Notes under the pieces: model-generated
What the model was told of the DNA's origin: nothing
What the model saw: only the letters and a program-made list of their open reading frames with translations
Databases searched by the model: none
From: Alloascoidea hylecoeti
Lineage: Eukaryota
NCBI GenBank assembly: GCA_001600815.1
Contig: BCKZ01000001.1
Span: 788,613-852,612 of the forward strand
Direction: 5' to 3'
DNA length: 64,000 nucleotides
Position numbers and translations under genes: made by a program
Shown: one piece after another, positions 13,151 through 26,159 of the stretch
How the letters are laid out: each line of letters begins with the position of its first letter
How positions within the stretch are numbered: position 1 is the stretch's first letter

Positions 13151-14027
13151 TTAATAGAAAGTAGTTGGTCTTTTTGAAGCATATAAATTCTTCGATTTAT
13201 TAACTCTGTGTGGTAATGGGAATTTAAGATCAGGAGTCAATAATTGTTTAACGTATTGTCTCTTAACATCTGCAGTTTTTTCTAGTTCAACAACTTTTAA
13301 AATATGAATACTTCTAAATCTAGCACGGTGTCTTGCTGCTAAATCTTGGTATAAGTTGGCAACGGCACCAACTCTTGAAACGTCACGATATTCTTTATAC
13401 ATGTTATGTGTTCCTGATCTTGAATCGTAACGAATCCAAACACCAAAGTTTTTAACTTTTGTAGGCCGTGCTTCACTGATTGTATTGATCGAAACAATTT
13501 CACCAGAAGCCTTTTTAACTTTATGAAGTTTTTGTAGGAAGTACCAGTAACGGGATTTGGCGACAACTTCATTTTTTGCAAAAATTCTCATTCGGAAGAG
13601 TTTTGGAGTTGGAACTGACTCAGTTGGAAGTTTTCTTCCAATAACTTGGTATTCAATAAAAGAAGACACTAAATAATTGTTAGAATACATGTAACTGGAA
13701 GTATAAAGATGATATTTAATGGTGAGAAATGAAAGTAGAGACTTTAGATGTATATGACTGAATAAATTTCATGGTATTTGGGAATAAGTTTAATTCTTTT
13801 GTATCTTTGTTCAAATTTTTTGTCACTGTAACCTCAATCTTGTTCATTTGTCAAATAATTACGAAATACTATTTCAAAATTCATCGTAATATATGTTGTA
13901 ATATTGTGATACTATTTCAAGTTCATTCATTCCATTTTCAATATTTCAAATCAAACCAATATTGATCAAAAAGTTTTGAATCACTCTCACCTCATCAATT
14001 TTATTTAATCCATAATTATTACTTACT
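13151..14027 (-). CDS. RPL20: 60S ribosomal protein eL20 (L20); start codon split A|TG by intron 14026-13669
   Basis: [26 protein letters not shown]...[17 protein letters not shown]. Donor A|GTAAGT at 14027/14026, TTCTAAC branch, TAG|TG TCT TCT TTT acceptor. Confidence 0.95.
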
Positions 14028-14130
14028 CTTAAATTAATAATGTTTGGTACCTACTGAATTGCACAATTTCCAAACAGTATATTGATAGTGATATCGTTCT
14101 GAAATATACACGCATCATCAAATTTTACTC

Positions 14131-14166
14131 TGTGACTTGTATTTCCAGGTTAGGGTGTCATGTGAC
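14131..14166. promoter_or_regulatory. RPL20 promoter elements: Tbf1-type TTAGGG next to a Cbf1-like GTCATGTGAC
   Basis: TTAGGG 14150-14155, GTCATGTGAC 14157-14166, TGTGACT 14131; about 120 bp upstream of exon 1. Confidence 0.45.
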
Positions 14167-14641
14167 AATGCATAAATTTGATATCCAAGCCCTTGGAGGA
14201 TAAATAATACCAAGTCAGCTTGATCCAAGCTTGCCTCTATCGAGTGTAGAGGAGAAATCGGGCACCTAGCTGTAAAGAAAGACAAGCTGGAAAATATTAC
14301 TATTTTACACAATAGGTTAGTGATAACGATAATTAATGGTATATAAGCATTTAATAATATTATACTCTAGATCTATAAATATGTAACCACTAACCATCAC
14401 AGCACTTTATGATATATATCAGGCTGTACAGAGCTATTAACAATCGTACATTGAAATTTGAAATAAGAGAACGAAGTATAATCTACTCTAAAGTGAGCGT
14501 AGAAATTCCAAGGTGAGTAGGTTCTACATGATAACGATAACGTTGATTAGCTAGCGTTATATCTTATAACATAAAAGCTACTATGGTATATGCTGCTGTC
14601 TTTCTTAAGTATAATATCATTGCACAAAGAAATTTCTGTCA

Positions 14642-17600
14642 TTATTTCGTTTTCTTCTTGTCTTTTGACTCCAGGTCAAAATTTAACGTCATGTTATTCC
14701 ACCTTGAAGATGATGGATCCTCTCCATGTGAGTTGTTATTATTATCATCATTAAAATTGGTATTATTATCATTATTATTATTGGAATTAGAATTAGAATT
14801 AGAATTGGTTGAGTTATGTTCCTCCTTAGTAGTATTATCTGTAGTATTCAGATTACTAGTTAAATTTAATGGACTTCTCGATCTTACGGGAATAGAAAAG
14901 TAATCATTTCCAGTACCAGGATGTAAATCAGATCGTGGTGTACCTAGTGCGTTTGCAATGGTGTTAGCATTGGTTAACGAATCTCTATGATAGTATGGAT
15001 TATTTGTTATTATTGCTGATTGCTGTGGATAAGGTGTAGATATTGTAATTGGAGTTTGGGTAACATTTAGGTAATTATTATCTGATGCCATTTGAGGATA
15101 AGTATTTGGTGCATTATTGTTGATGGTCTGCAGATTTGTTGGTGCACTAGAGGAAGATATCGTGTAGTCATGAGTATGAGGAGTTGATGTATTATGCATT
15201 GATTCATTGGTTCTTGATGCTCCGTATTTTTTGAGAGAAGTGCCATGACCTCCAACAACTAAAGCACTTGAACCATTTCTAACTAACTTCTTAAAGTTCC
15301 TCTTTAGTGAATCCCTCCTTTGCATCATTGGTCTTATATTGTCTTCTATTCCACTGCTATCAGTACCAACATCTGTATTAGTTTGTTGTTTTTCGTCGGT
15401 TTGTGCCTGTGATATGATAGCTGCTGCTGCTTGTGTAGCAGTTCTTCTTAGCTCATGATGAGCTTGGACATCATCTCTTCTCTCCATATTCTCAGATGGA
15501 AACATAACAGCTCTGTCTAAGCTATAGGGTAGGCCTCTATGTTTTCCTCTAATCATCATAGCAATAAGAACTAGTTTCGAAATTGTTGAGAATTCAGTAC
15601 AAAAAGATGAGTTGATACCAGGGTACCCCAAACTTAATCCAACGTTACAGTAAGCACTCACCACCTCAAAAAGTACTGCAAATGAATTAAATCTACCTTT
15701 CGTTGTATCCTCTAATTTTCCACCATCTGCTAAGCATATGACAAATAACCCTAAGAAAATGTACCATAAATCGAAACTTAATTGTCTTCTTAAATGTGAA
15801 GTAATGAAGTTTTTCTTTGAATTTCCTTCTGGCTCGTCATCTTCAGGATCATAATAAACACCTAACGATTGTTCTTCGTAAACGTTTGTACGTCTTATAC
15901 TGATAGCTAAAGGCATAACAGAAACATACATCATCAACATGTATGATACTTGTATCGCAGGATGTATTTGTGATAAATCAACAACCGTAAAACCGGCCGT
16001 ACGTGTTGCAATTGCTTGATATAACCCGTCTAGAAACTTATAACCTCTGGGTATGCCTTCAAGTAAATCGGCATGAAAATCAAGTATTAAAAACAAAGCA
16101 AGATCAAAAACATTTAATGAAATCAACACAAAAAATAGCCACCAAGTTTCAGAAGAAGGAAATAATAATGTAAAACAACGTCTTGGATGATCTAACAAAA
16201 ATCCTAAACTTTCGCCTAGTTGTGTTGTTCCAAAATTATCAAAATATTCATCGTCATCTTTTGATTTTGTTAAATGACGTATATATCTCGAAATCTTTGT
16301 TAAAAACCATATAATAAATCTCAATAATATTGGAAATCCAGTATTACCTAAAATAATCAATATTCCTGAAACTAATAAAACAAAGGCAGACTTATTAAAA
16401 GAAACCATTGAATCTGGTGCTAAAGAAAACCCAAGATCTGTAAATGATGACATAGAGAGAAAGATTGCCCACCATGCTGGGGAAACGCCAACTGACCCTA
16501 TATAATTTTCAAAATATGAACGGCTCGCTATCCAAGCCACCATACAAACCAAACCAATCAGATGAAATATAACATAGTATCCAATCAATAAGATTGCTAA
16601 TAATTTAACAGCACGGTATTCAACACCACCTAATTCTTCTTTTTGAATTGATGAAAGATCATAAAACGTTGAATTTCTACCAACAGTCGGATTCCAGGAT
16701 AAATAATTTGTACTCATTTGTCTAGTTAAATGGGGTGGATTATTTGAGTTTGATGATCTCATACTATTAGATCTCGATGCACCTGTTTTTTTAGATTTTC
16801 CTTTTAGCCTTTTTTTACGTTTCCTTAATTGAGATCTCACAAAACGATCAAGAGTTGATGCTTGAGTTAGCTTTATTCCCTTATCCATTGATCTATTAGT
16901 TTCACCCTCTATTGTATTAGAACGCTTATTAAATTTTGAGCCTCCGGTTTGATCTTTTGATGGCAGTGCAATATTCGATTGAGTTCTTGTTACACCATCA
17001 AAATCACTCCCCGCTTCTTCATCTTCATCTTCATCTTCATCTGCATCTGAATCTGAATCTCCTGTATCCGATGAGTTTGCAACCGATTCAATATTAAACA
17101 GTTCATGAGCGTTGTTTGATGAAGAGGAAACACCAGAAGATGTCCTTCTGGCCATTTTCATGTCCGTTAAAAATTTTGGTAATGTATCCTTCTTATTATT
17201 TAATCTTTTTTCCAATCTTTCGAGTTTGCTTTTTGGATCTGACCAGGATTTTTTTTCCTCTTGCTCTCGGTCCCTTTCTTGCGGACCTTTTATAACTAAT
17301 GCTGGTCCATCAACATCATTATTATACTTTTTACTAAATTGTAACATTGTGATAGATCTGATCATATCTCGTGGATCAATATCCTCATTTCGTTTTTGTG
17401 GTTTAGGTAGTTCACCAAATTTTATATTATTATTGGGCCCTAATGCTGCAGCAGGAGATTCAGAATTTAAAGAGGCCGTGATTTTTTGTGTTGTTTCAAC
17501 CGCTGTTGAATCTGAATCATCGGGGAAATTCTTTTCCGAATTATTGTAATTATTAATATTTGTTGTATTCTTACTAATTTTTATATCTTTTTCCTTTTCG

Positions 17601-18238
17601 TTTGTACTGTTATTATAAGTTTTAGTGCCACTACGTAATGATAAAGACCTAAAAAATCCACCAAAACTATTATCTTGTTTTTCATTATTTAATCCATTTT
17701 CAATATCAATATCGTTGTTATTATTATTCTGATTGCTTTTTGTACGGGCAGCTAATGTTGTAGATTTTCTCATCTTATGTTGTAATCTTGATTTTTCTTT
17801 AATATTATCAAAAAATCTTTCATAGAAGTATAATCTAAGAAATACAACTCCTGTATGAATGAAAATAGGCGTAGTTATCATTGCAATAAAATATAGTGAA
17901 ATTTGTTGCCATAATCTTAATGTATTTAAATCTAGAGTACTAAGCCCTGCTTGGGTAGTACCAGCAGTTGATAAAAAGAGGGCATCGATATATGGCATAT
18001 TATGGCATGGATATATTAGGATAGAGCCGATAATGGTACAGGTTAAAATATAGACATCTAAGAATTAAAAACGAAATATATTCCCAAAAGAGAAATTGAG
18101 TTAGAGTTAAAGTCTGAAGGAAGAGATGCTTAATAAAAACTTACAATGTAAAACAATAAAAGATGGGGTATTTTTATTGCCGAAAAAGCGAGAAATACTA
18201 AATTTCTCCTTAAGCCTCAGCTTCCCGTGTTTGATCAT
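14642..18238 (-). CDS. TRK1: Trk potassium transporter; exons 18238-18145 and 18057-14642
   Basis: TQAGL, GGVEYRA, LGNTGFP, TRTAGF, FEVVSAY.NVGLSLGYP, RGKHRGLP. Intron 18144-18058 (GTAAGT/TCTAAC/TAG) joins FIVLH-Y-VYILTC in frame. Confidence 0.95.
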
Positions 18239-18720
18239 TTAAGGGTACACTGAATAGTATATTGGCGTATTGAAAGGAAGAGAGAGAACAGAAGAGAAAT
18301 GTAAGGCCTTATAATACTGAGGAAAAGATGAAGTGAGGTAATACATATAAGACTGCATTAACCACTCAGTGGCACTCACTATAGCACTATGGTAACAAAA
18401 AGGCCCAAGCTGAGCATTAAGTGTATTTAGCAGTCTGTGCCTGGTGTGCCGGTGTGCCAATAGAATGTTACCTGGCACAACTGATTTAGTAAACGTTTTT
18501 ATTATTATAGAATATCGATGTATAACTTGAATAAACCTCATAGCCAGCTATTAATAATAGCTAAAATATATATATATGTGAATCTTTCAATTATAATTAA
18601 GCTTGAGATATTCATTAAAGCTTTGTTTTCTCAATTAATATATTACTAAACCCTAACCGCAACTGCAATAATTTGTGAAGTTGATGTTTACAATTATATA
18701 GTACTAGTACTTTATACCAC

Positions 18721-19157
18721 GTATCGGCAATCGACTCTTAGTATCGAGTGACTCTTAGAATAAGGCCTAGATTATTTTTAGACAAGTACTCAGCCGCGAA
18801 TGAGAACGTTGGTCTAATATTAAAATTTCTTCATGACTGAGATTTTTTTTATCAATATAATTAGTTGCATCTTTACTAGATATGCGATCGGGTGAAAATA
18901 TTTTTTAGCCCGATTCCAAGCCGAAACCAGGTTTCGGCGGAGGCAAAATTTTGACCTTCTTGGTATCGAGCTGGTATCGGTATCGGCCTGTCTGGATTTC
19001 CATTTGATTATGTAATAAGATAGGATAGCCTACCTATTAAAATATTTTTAAAAACAAGACGATCATGTGATTGCCACATTATTAATTGATAGGTGTTTGG
19101 TAGTATCGGTATCGGTATCGGGGCATCTTTTTTGGCCCTGGTATCGGGTTGGTATCG
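18721..19157 (+). repeat. Cluster of ten co-oriented GTATCG motifs, possibly a decayed hAT-type transposon end
   Basis: GTATCG at 18721, 18741, 18963, 18974, 18980, 19103, 19109, 19115, 19141, 19152. Confidence 0.6.
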
Positions 19158-19929
19158 CCCCTTGACTTCAAAAATGCTCGAGTCTAAGCCGATCGTATGT
19201 CCAGTCTTTACCGGTATTCAATTTATTACTATACATCTAGGCCTATATTATAAGAATAAAAACAAAACTCTCCTAATCCAAATAATTTAATATCACACGT
19301 GGACACCAGTTATAAATATATTAATATTTGATTATCGTTGACGACATGATATCAATTCACCAAATATACCGTATATTAATGTACAAAACATGTAGGTAGC
19401 CTATGTACCATCGATATCCGTACGTAGAGAGACAATTCAAATTTCAATAAATTTTATTGTTACCAGTATAAGTGCTGTCATAATTAATTTTGCATAAGTA
19501 TTGGATATTTTCCAGATCTTTTCATCCTTTAGAAATTTGTGAATGATAGATAGACTTATTTTATAATTAGTATCGATATCGATATCAATATGTAATAACC
19601 TACACCAGCATTAATATAGATTGATATTAGATACAACTTCAATTGCCTATATATGATTTATATTATATTATTATTCACCTGCTGCCCCAAAGAATGTTCC
19701 AGAATGAATCTTTATATATACTGGCCCAAATCAATTGCAAAATTGTATAAGCAGATTAATATATTGATCCATTTAACTGATAGCTATAAGGTATACATTC
19801 ATGAAATAAAATACAATCCAGATTCTCTATCTCTCTGAGTATCGCTAGACACAAATTTAGTAATTAATATGGCCATACTTTGTTTCCAAAACTAAATATG
19901 GTCCCTTAAGCCTGGAATGCGATGGGATT

Positions 19930-20350
19930 TCCAAAAACTGATAATTCTAGATTATCCCACAACTCTGGTAATATCTCTAAAGTGTGATTCTTGACTATTT
20001 TACACCACGTTCCACTGTAGTCAATCTCGGGTGCTACTTTCGCAGTTTAATTTTGAGCTTGTGCCACATGGTTTTCAATGGGATTTAGGTCTGAAAACCT
20101 CACGATCCAAAATAGTTGTTCCACTCGATTTTTCACTTTAGATTTTTTGACTAATAGATTAGAGCTTTATACCATGGATGAATGTAACCTTCAAATGATT
20201 GAATAAAAGGTGTGGCTACCCGTTATACTACTGTTTGATATACATCTCTGAATAAGCCTTTCCACTAAACTTCCCTGTGACAGACAAATAATTATAACGC
20301 GTTTTTATTTGTAGGACCTTTTTGTAATCCTCTTACAAGATCCAAATGAT
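19930..20350 (-). pseudogene. Decayed Tc1/IS630-type DDE transposase fragment
   Basis: Minus strand reads FWIVRFSDLNPIEN (SDLNPIEN at 20094-20071), then after a frameshift MWHKLK, matching the WP..SPDLNPIEN.W..LK motif; many stops. Boundaries approximate. Confidence 0.75.
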
Positions 20351-20559
20351 CATTTGAAAATAACTTTGGTGCCTGTAACTTGCAACAATCTGAGATGTTT
20401 ATTAATGAAGCTGTCTTGCAGCATGCTGAAGAGCACCTACAATTCTCCCAGTTTTATATTGGTATGACATGATGTGACGAAATAAACAAGAAAATACTTT
20501 TTCTCTGTAGTCAGCTGCATCATTCATATTTCTAATGGTCGAAAATGTTGGATATATAT

Positions 20560-20626
20560 TACACTCTTAGAACAGTTCACTAAAGGGTCGATTGGCTTTT
20601 TGGCGCAACTGGGAGAACAGGCACTT
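20560..20626 (+). mobile_element. Probable DNA-transposon terminal repeat, copy 1 (TA-CACTCTT...)
   Basis: About 67 bp closely matching the reverse complement of 48726-48792; similarity stops at a TA dinucleotide. Confidence 0.6.
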
Positions 20627-21599
20627 TGAACTTTAACAGAAAATGATAAAGATATATATTCACAAATAAAGTTTAACGAAAGTTGAAAACAAAAAATTAG
20701 GCAACCCACACTGTAAATATATATATGAGATAATTCAGGCTTAATAGTATTTAAATCTGTATTATCAATTACAAGATCTTTATCGGTATTTGATCGTTTT
20801 GTGAACATATTATATACATGTAGGCATCAATTTCAACAATCAATATTGAATCTCATGGTTCTTTAAGTCGTTTCTCAAAAAAGAAGAAATGACACGCTTT
20901 ATATAATTTTACTTTTAATGATATCATTCGGAGTTCCGTGATCTTCGACTATATTAGAGAATTCGAATAGCTAACTGAAGTTCGACTGTGTAAACGTAAG
21001 CTTATAATTAAAGTAGACAGGGAGATATTGGTACAATTTATATAAATTTATTCTCTTATGAGAATATTAATTCTATATTTATAACTAAGCAGATTATAGT
21101 TTTAATATCGCGAATGATTAGTACTATCAGGACCTTATATTACAATATTGTAATATGATGGAAAAATAAGGGTAATAAAATATAAAAAATAGAGTCGGAA
21201 ACCGGGTTTAAATTAATCCGAGAAACATAGACCGACTACATTTATGTGCTACAGATCTAGATTTGTTTCGTAATGATTATCTATACCAGATTTGTCTTAC
21301 AAATGAAATATATATATATATATTGCCAAACGAAACTATTCAATTCATACATATCTTAGTCGCGTTAAAAGAATAAGTTCAATATTTTTCGTTTGGAGAT
21401 ATGCGTGTAGGAGAAGCTAATAATCAGTTAACCATATGCTATAAACACACCTGCCAAGTTAAATGGAACATTTTCGGTTTCACTGAGACAAATCTTTCGT
21501 ACGTATACAAAGGAGAGAAACTTTTGCCAAATAAATGACTTGAAATCGCTGAATTTTTATTCTCGTACCATAGATGTTCGGTTAAAGTTGAAGAGTGTC

Positions 21600-22460
21600 T
21601 TTGTGAATCTTAATTTTAATATATCAACCCACCATCATTCCAAAATATCTTGATTCAAACCGAGAAAAGGACAATCAACTTTTGAGAAGGAAATCATCCT
21701 ACCGTCTACGCTCTGCTGAACACTGCCTTATCCCCATGATGAGATTGTTTGCAAGCCGCCTAAGGTTCTCGATTTATATCGATTATTTGTAAAAGACAGA
21801 GATAGCATCCGATTGTGGTTCAATTAGTTATGTGACAAATATAAATACGTACCATCTAGTAATTTAGATGAAATTGGTTGTATTATTGGGGATATTAGAA
21901 AGTCCAGGAAGGTTCTGGTTCTGGTGTAATATCGATCTATTCCTCGGTTAATACCTCCTAGAGGGGAGCTATCCGCCTATACTGAATTTGTTGATACTAT
22001 AGGTGATGCTGTTCCTTTTATGGGTATTTTCAAACCAAAAGATACACAGAGTTCATGATCTAAAGATCTCAGAGAGGATCCTACTACTTAATTAGCATAT
22101 GCATAAAACATTGTTTCCCTTTAAAAGAGTCAAGTATACTTCCTATTATCATCGGGCATTCCACTGAAGTAAATATGGAACTCGTAGATGGTTGTAGGAA
22201 ACGTATGATTGACTTGTTGATTCTCCCGGTACCATCGGAGATAGCACGAGTTTTTGATCCGTCTTGCTTCTACTCATTAAAAAAATATTTATATAGGAGC
22301 TCTGAAGTATTATTCAACAGAGTAGTACTAGTATGTAGTACCAATCACACCGATTCCAAAAGGACACTTTTATTCATATAGGCCTATATAAAAGGGTCCA
22401 GATGGTGAAATAACACTTAATAAACCATATGCATCCAAGAAACCATTGCAGTTAATTAGA
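21600..22460 (+). pseudogene. Decayed pogo/Fot1-type (DDE_1) transposase
   Basis: In order: HDEIVCKPPKVLDLYR...IRLWFN*L, NLDEIGCIIG, EFVDTIGDAVPFMGIFK, IIIGHSTEV...CRKRMIDLLILP...FDPSCFYSLKKY; stops and frameshifts. Confidence 0.8.
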
Positions 22461-24031
22461 AAGTGTCTGATATAAGAAAAAAAGAAATGAACTAAGACTC
22501 ATGTCATCGATCTGGTGGGCTTGAATTGTAGGAACTTTACCATGCATCAGATCACAACTTAATTAGAGATTTACCTACAAATATGAAAAATTATTCCGTA
22601 AGGTGCCTGACTGGAGTAACTACAATGGTTGTAATCGCTTGCTGTATTTACAGAAGATCCCATATGAAAGAAATGATTGAATATCAATTTCACGGCCAAA
22701 AAACCCCATCAGTGCAGCCGGAATAGTTACTTTAATAGAGTGTCTGAAAAGGCATCACCTGGTTCTCCACTTGGCGATCTGTAAAAACACATATGCTTAT
22801 ATTTTTTATTTCGAGGCTTTAGAAATTTTTGAAAAGTATGTTTTGATTTTTGATTTTCCCTATAAGAGGAGCATACCACTCATAGCTATGGCTGTTAAAA
22901 CCAAAAATGCCCAGATAGATAGACTGCATTATTCCGCAAAGAATAGAATTATCTACTCAATTATAATTAGGCATTGAGATTATACTTAATTTCACCGAAT
23001 TCAGATGAGCAGGTGATGTGCAAGTTTATGTTAATATCATTACACCGAATTCAAAGTTTTTCCAATTACAACTATGCATAAGCATATGCATACTCATCAA
23101 AATAAATTACTCCGAATCCCCAAATTGATCAGATGAATTTTTCCGGGGCCCCTAAGGGGTAATTGGGGAATATATATATGCATAATTATTATTATACATT
23201 GTATATACCTTTATATATAAGATCTTATATTTAGCCGTGATTCAGTTTTGGAACTTGTGATCATAACAATTTTGTCTAAACTTGTAGTTAGTTAATCAAG
23301 ATTGAAATTGATTTCAATCTTAGCCCGAAGTATCATGAATGAGAAACCATGATATTACAATTGCAATATTAGTTACGCGGATATTACGGTGAATTTTACT
23401 CTTTTTGAATATATATCTAACCATATATGCATAGCAGCAAAAAATATGATCAATTGTAATATAAATAAATGAGCTTCAACTGATGGTAAGCCAGAGTTGA
23501 TAAATGAATATTATTTTCATTCTCTAAGAACATGCATCTACGTATGTAACTTATAGCATATAACTTACATATATATCAACATATATGAAAATGTGCTTAT
23601 TTGCATATGAGTATATAACAATGTTTTCTGAAGCTTATATTATTATTATATAGTTGTAGGCCAATATATTTGAGGTTGAATGATTAATTACGAGTTTGAT
23701 CAGTAAGCGACGTGTAGGTATAATAGCTGGGGGAATTGAAAATTATATTATACCTATAAATAGTATCAATCTTAGTAGGCATTTATATATGAAGTCACGA
23801 TCATTAATTATATCATGATATAAATAATAGTAAATGATTTCTTGAGATAAAAATTTAATAAATATATGCATTAATTGTAATTACAAGCTTAAACAATATT
23901 AAATTGTCATGTCTGCATTATAATTGTATATATCAACCTCTAGACTGACTAGTTCTACTCCCAAATATAAATAAGAGCAAACGCCGATATATGGAACTAA
24001 ATAAAAAGAGAAATTAATATTAGAACTTAAT

Positions 24032-25693
24032 ATGATAGATTCACAACAAGGTAATACACCTTCAACATTATCTGGTACCTCGACACCAGTTAATGAACAA
24101 AAGACTACAACAAATGACAAAATCGAGGATTTCGTTAATATAGAGGAGCCTAAAAGATCAATGTCAGCGTATATTGCTGTTACCTTTTTCTGCTTTTTGA
24201 CCGGATTTGGTGGATTTGTATTCGGATGGGATATGGGTACCATTTCTGGTTTTGTTGCAATGGATGATTTTAAAAGAAGATTTGGTCAACATAAAGAGAG
24301 TACAGATGAATATTATTTATCCAATGTTCGTACAGGTTTAGTCGTCAGCATATTTAACATTGGTGCAGCCTTTGGTTCTATTTTCTTAGGTAGATTGGGC
24401 GACATGTTGGGTAGAAGGAAAGCAATAATGAGTGTTGATGTTCTCTATGTTATTGGTATTGTTATTCAAATTGCAAGCATTGATAAATGGTATCAATATG
24501 CCATTGGTAGAATCATTGCTGGTATTGCAGTAGGTGCTATTTCTGTTCTGTGTCCGATGATGATAGGCGAAACTGCTCCAAAACAGATTAGAGGTACACT
24601 GGTTTCAATATATCAATTGATGATTACATTAGGTATCTTTTTAGGTTACTGTGCGACATATGGCACTAAAGGTAAAAGTGATTCCGCAACATGGAGAATT
24701 CCTCTAGGTCTTTCATTTTTATTCGCCATACTTTTGATGCTGGGAATGATATTAATGCCAGAATCTCCAAGATATCTTCTTCAGGTGGGAAGAATGGATG
24801 ATGCTAGAAAGTCTTTAGCAAGATCCAGTCATACTACTGCAGATGATCCAATAATATTTAAAGAAATTAATGAAATCGATGCTGCAATTCAATATGAAAA
24901 ATCGCAAGGTAATGCTAGTTGGGGGGAACTAATTAGTGGTAAACCACATATTTTAAGACGAGTAATCACAGGTATGTGTCTTCAAGGATTACAACAATTA
25001 ACTGGTAGTAATTACTTCTTCTATTACGGAACTACTGTCTTTCAGGCTATTGGAATAGAAGACTCTTTTGTTACTTCAATAATTTTAGGTGCTGTGAATT
25101 TTGCTGCAACGTTCTGGGGTATTTATATCGCAGATAAGATCGGAAGAAGAAAGATTCTTATTTACGGCGGCATTGGAATGTTTGTATGTTTTATCATTTT
25201 TGCCTCAATTGGTACGAAGGCTTTGTATCCCCATGGTAGAGGACATCCAGATGATACAAGAAAATCAGTTGGTGATGGTATGATTTTCTTGGTGTGTCTA
25301 TTTCTAGTATTTTATGCAAGTACTTGGGCTCCCGTTTGTTTTGTTGTAATATCTGAAATTTTTCCAATTAGAATTAAGGCTAAAGGTATGGCACTTTCAA
25401 TGGTTGCTAATTGGGTATGGTGTTTTCTTGTGTCTTTCTTTACACCCTTCATTACTGGTGCAATTGGATTTGCCTATGGTTATGTATTTGCAGGTTGTCT
25501 ATTATTTTCTGTCTGTCTAGTTTATTTCCTAGTTCCAGAAACCAGAGGATTATCTTTGGAGGAAGTTGATGAGTTATATGAAGCAAACATCAAGCCATGG
25601 ACTACTGAAGGTTGGAAACCATCAGGAAATGTAAGGAATCAAATTCAATTCGACGAGAATTCTAAACATGAAGCGATTGGTATTGAAGCTTAA
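24032..25693 (+). CDS. MFS sugar porter, HXT-type hexose transporter (copy A)
   Basis: [47 protein letters not shown]. Confidence 0.95.
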   Translation: MIDSQQGNTPSTLSGTSTPVNEQKTTTNDKIEDFVNIEEPKRSMSAYIAVTFFCFLTGFGGFVFGWDMGTISGFVAMDDFKRRFGQHKESTDEYYLSNVRTGLVVSIFNIGAAFGSIFLGRLGDMLGRRKAIMSVDVLYVIGIVIQIASIDKWYQYAIGRIIAGIAVGAISVLCPMMIGETAPKQIRGTLVSIYQLMITLGIFLGYCATYGTKGKSDSATWRIPLGLSFLFAILLMLGMILMPESPRYLLQVGRMDDARKSLARSSHTTADDPIIFKEINEIDAAIQYEKSQGNASWGELISGKPHILRRVITGMCLQGLQQLTGSNYFFYYGTTVFQAIGIEDSFVTSIILGAVNFAATFWGIYIADKIGRRKILIYGGIGMFVCFIIFASIGTKALYPHGRGHPDDTRKSVGDGMIFLVCLFLVFYASTWAPVCFVVISEIFPIRIKAKGMALSMVANWVWCFLVSFFTPFITGAIGFAYGYVFAGCLLFSVCLVYFLVPETRGLSLEEVDELYEANIKPWTTEGWKPSGNVRNQIQFDENSKHEAIGIEA

Positions 25694-26159
25694 TTTACAG
25701 TTAAAAATATATTTTCATAGTTAGACGATTATTTTTCTTTAGTTTTTTTTTTCATGTTTGATGCAAAAATTTGAAGTATTCTTTAATAGATTTTTTACTT
25801 TAGAGCAAAATTGATTTTCTGCTGGAAAATTTTGAATACATAAGAAATTCCTTGGAATTTAAATCATCAATATATACAATGCTCCCATAATTATGGTGGA
25901 GTTTTCGAAAAAGAGTTTTTGAATAAGCATTTTGTGTACCCTCATATTTTCCCGTTGACATTTTTTTCATAGGTGACTTTATTAAGTGTTATTTCGCCAT
26001 ATAGGCTTTTTTTATTATTAGGCGGGATGTTATCCTTTTCTTTTAACATACAGTATACTGGTGATTTGGAACAAGATGTTATGTTTTTTTTTTTGATGAT
26101 CGTAATGTTCTTGCCCTTTCATATTTAAAACAAAATGTCTTGAGAATAGGTGTGATTGG

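Noticed and set aside
22645..22665. TTTACAGAAGATCCC similar to RNase P RNA P3
   Set aside because: No downstream GGGAAATTCGG-type P4 motif.
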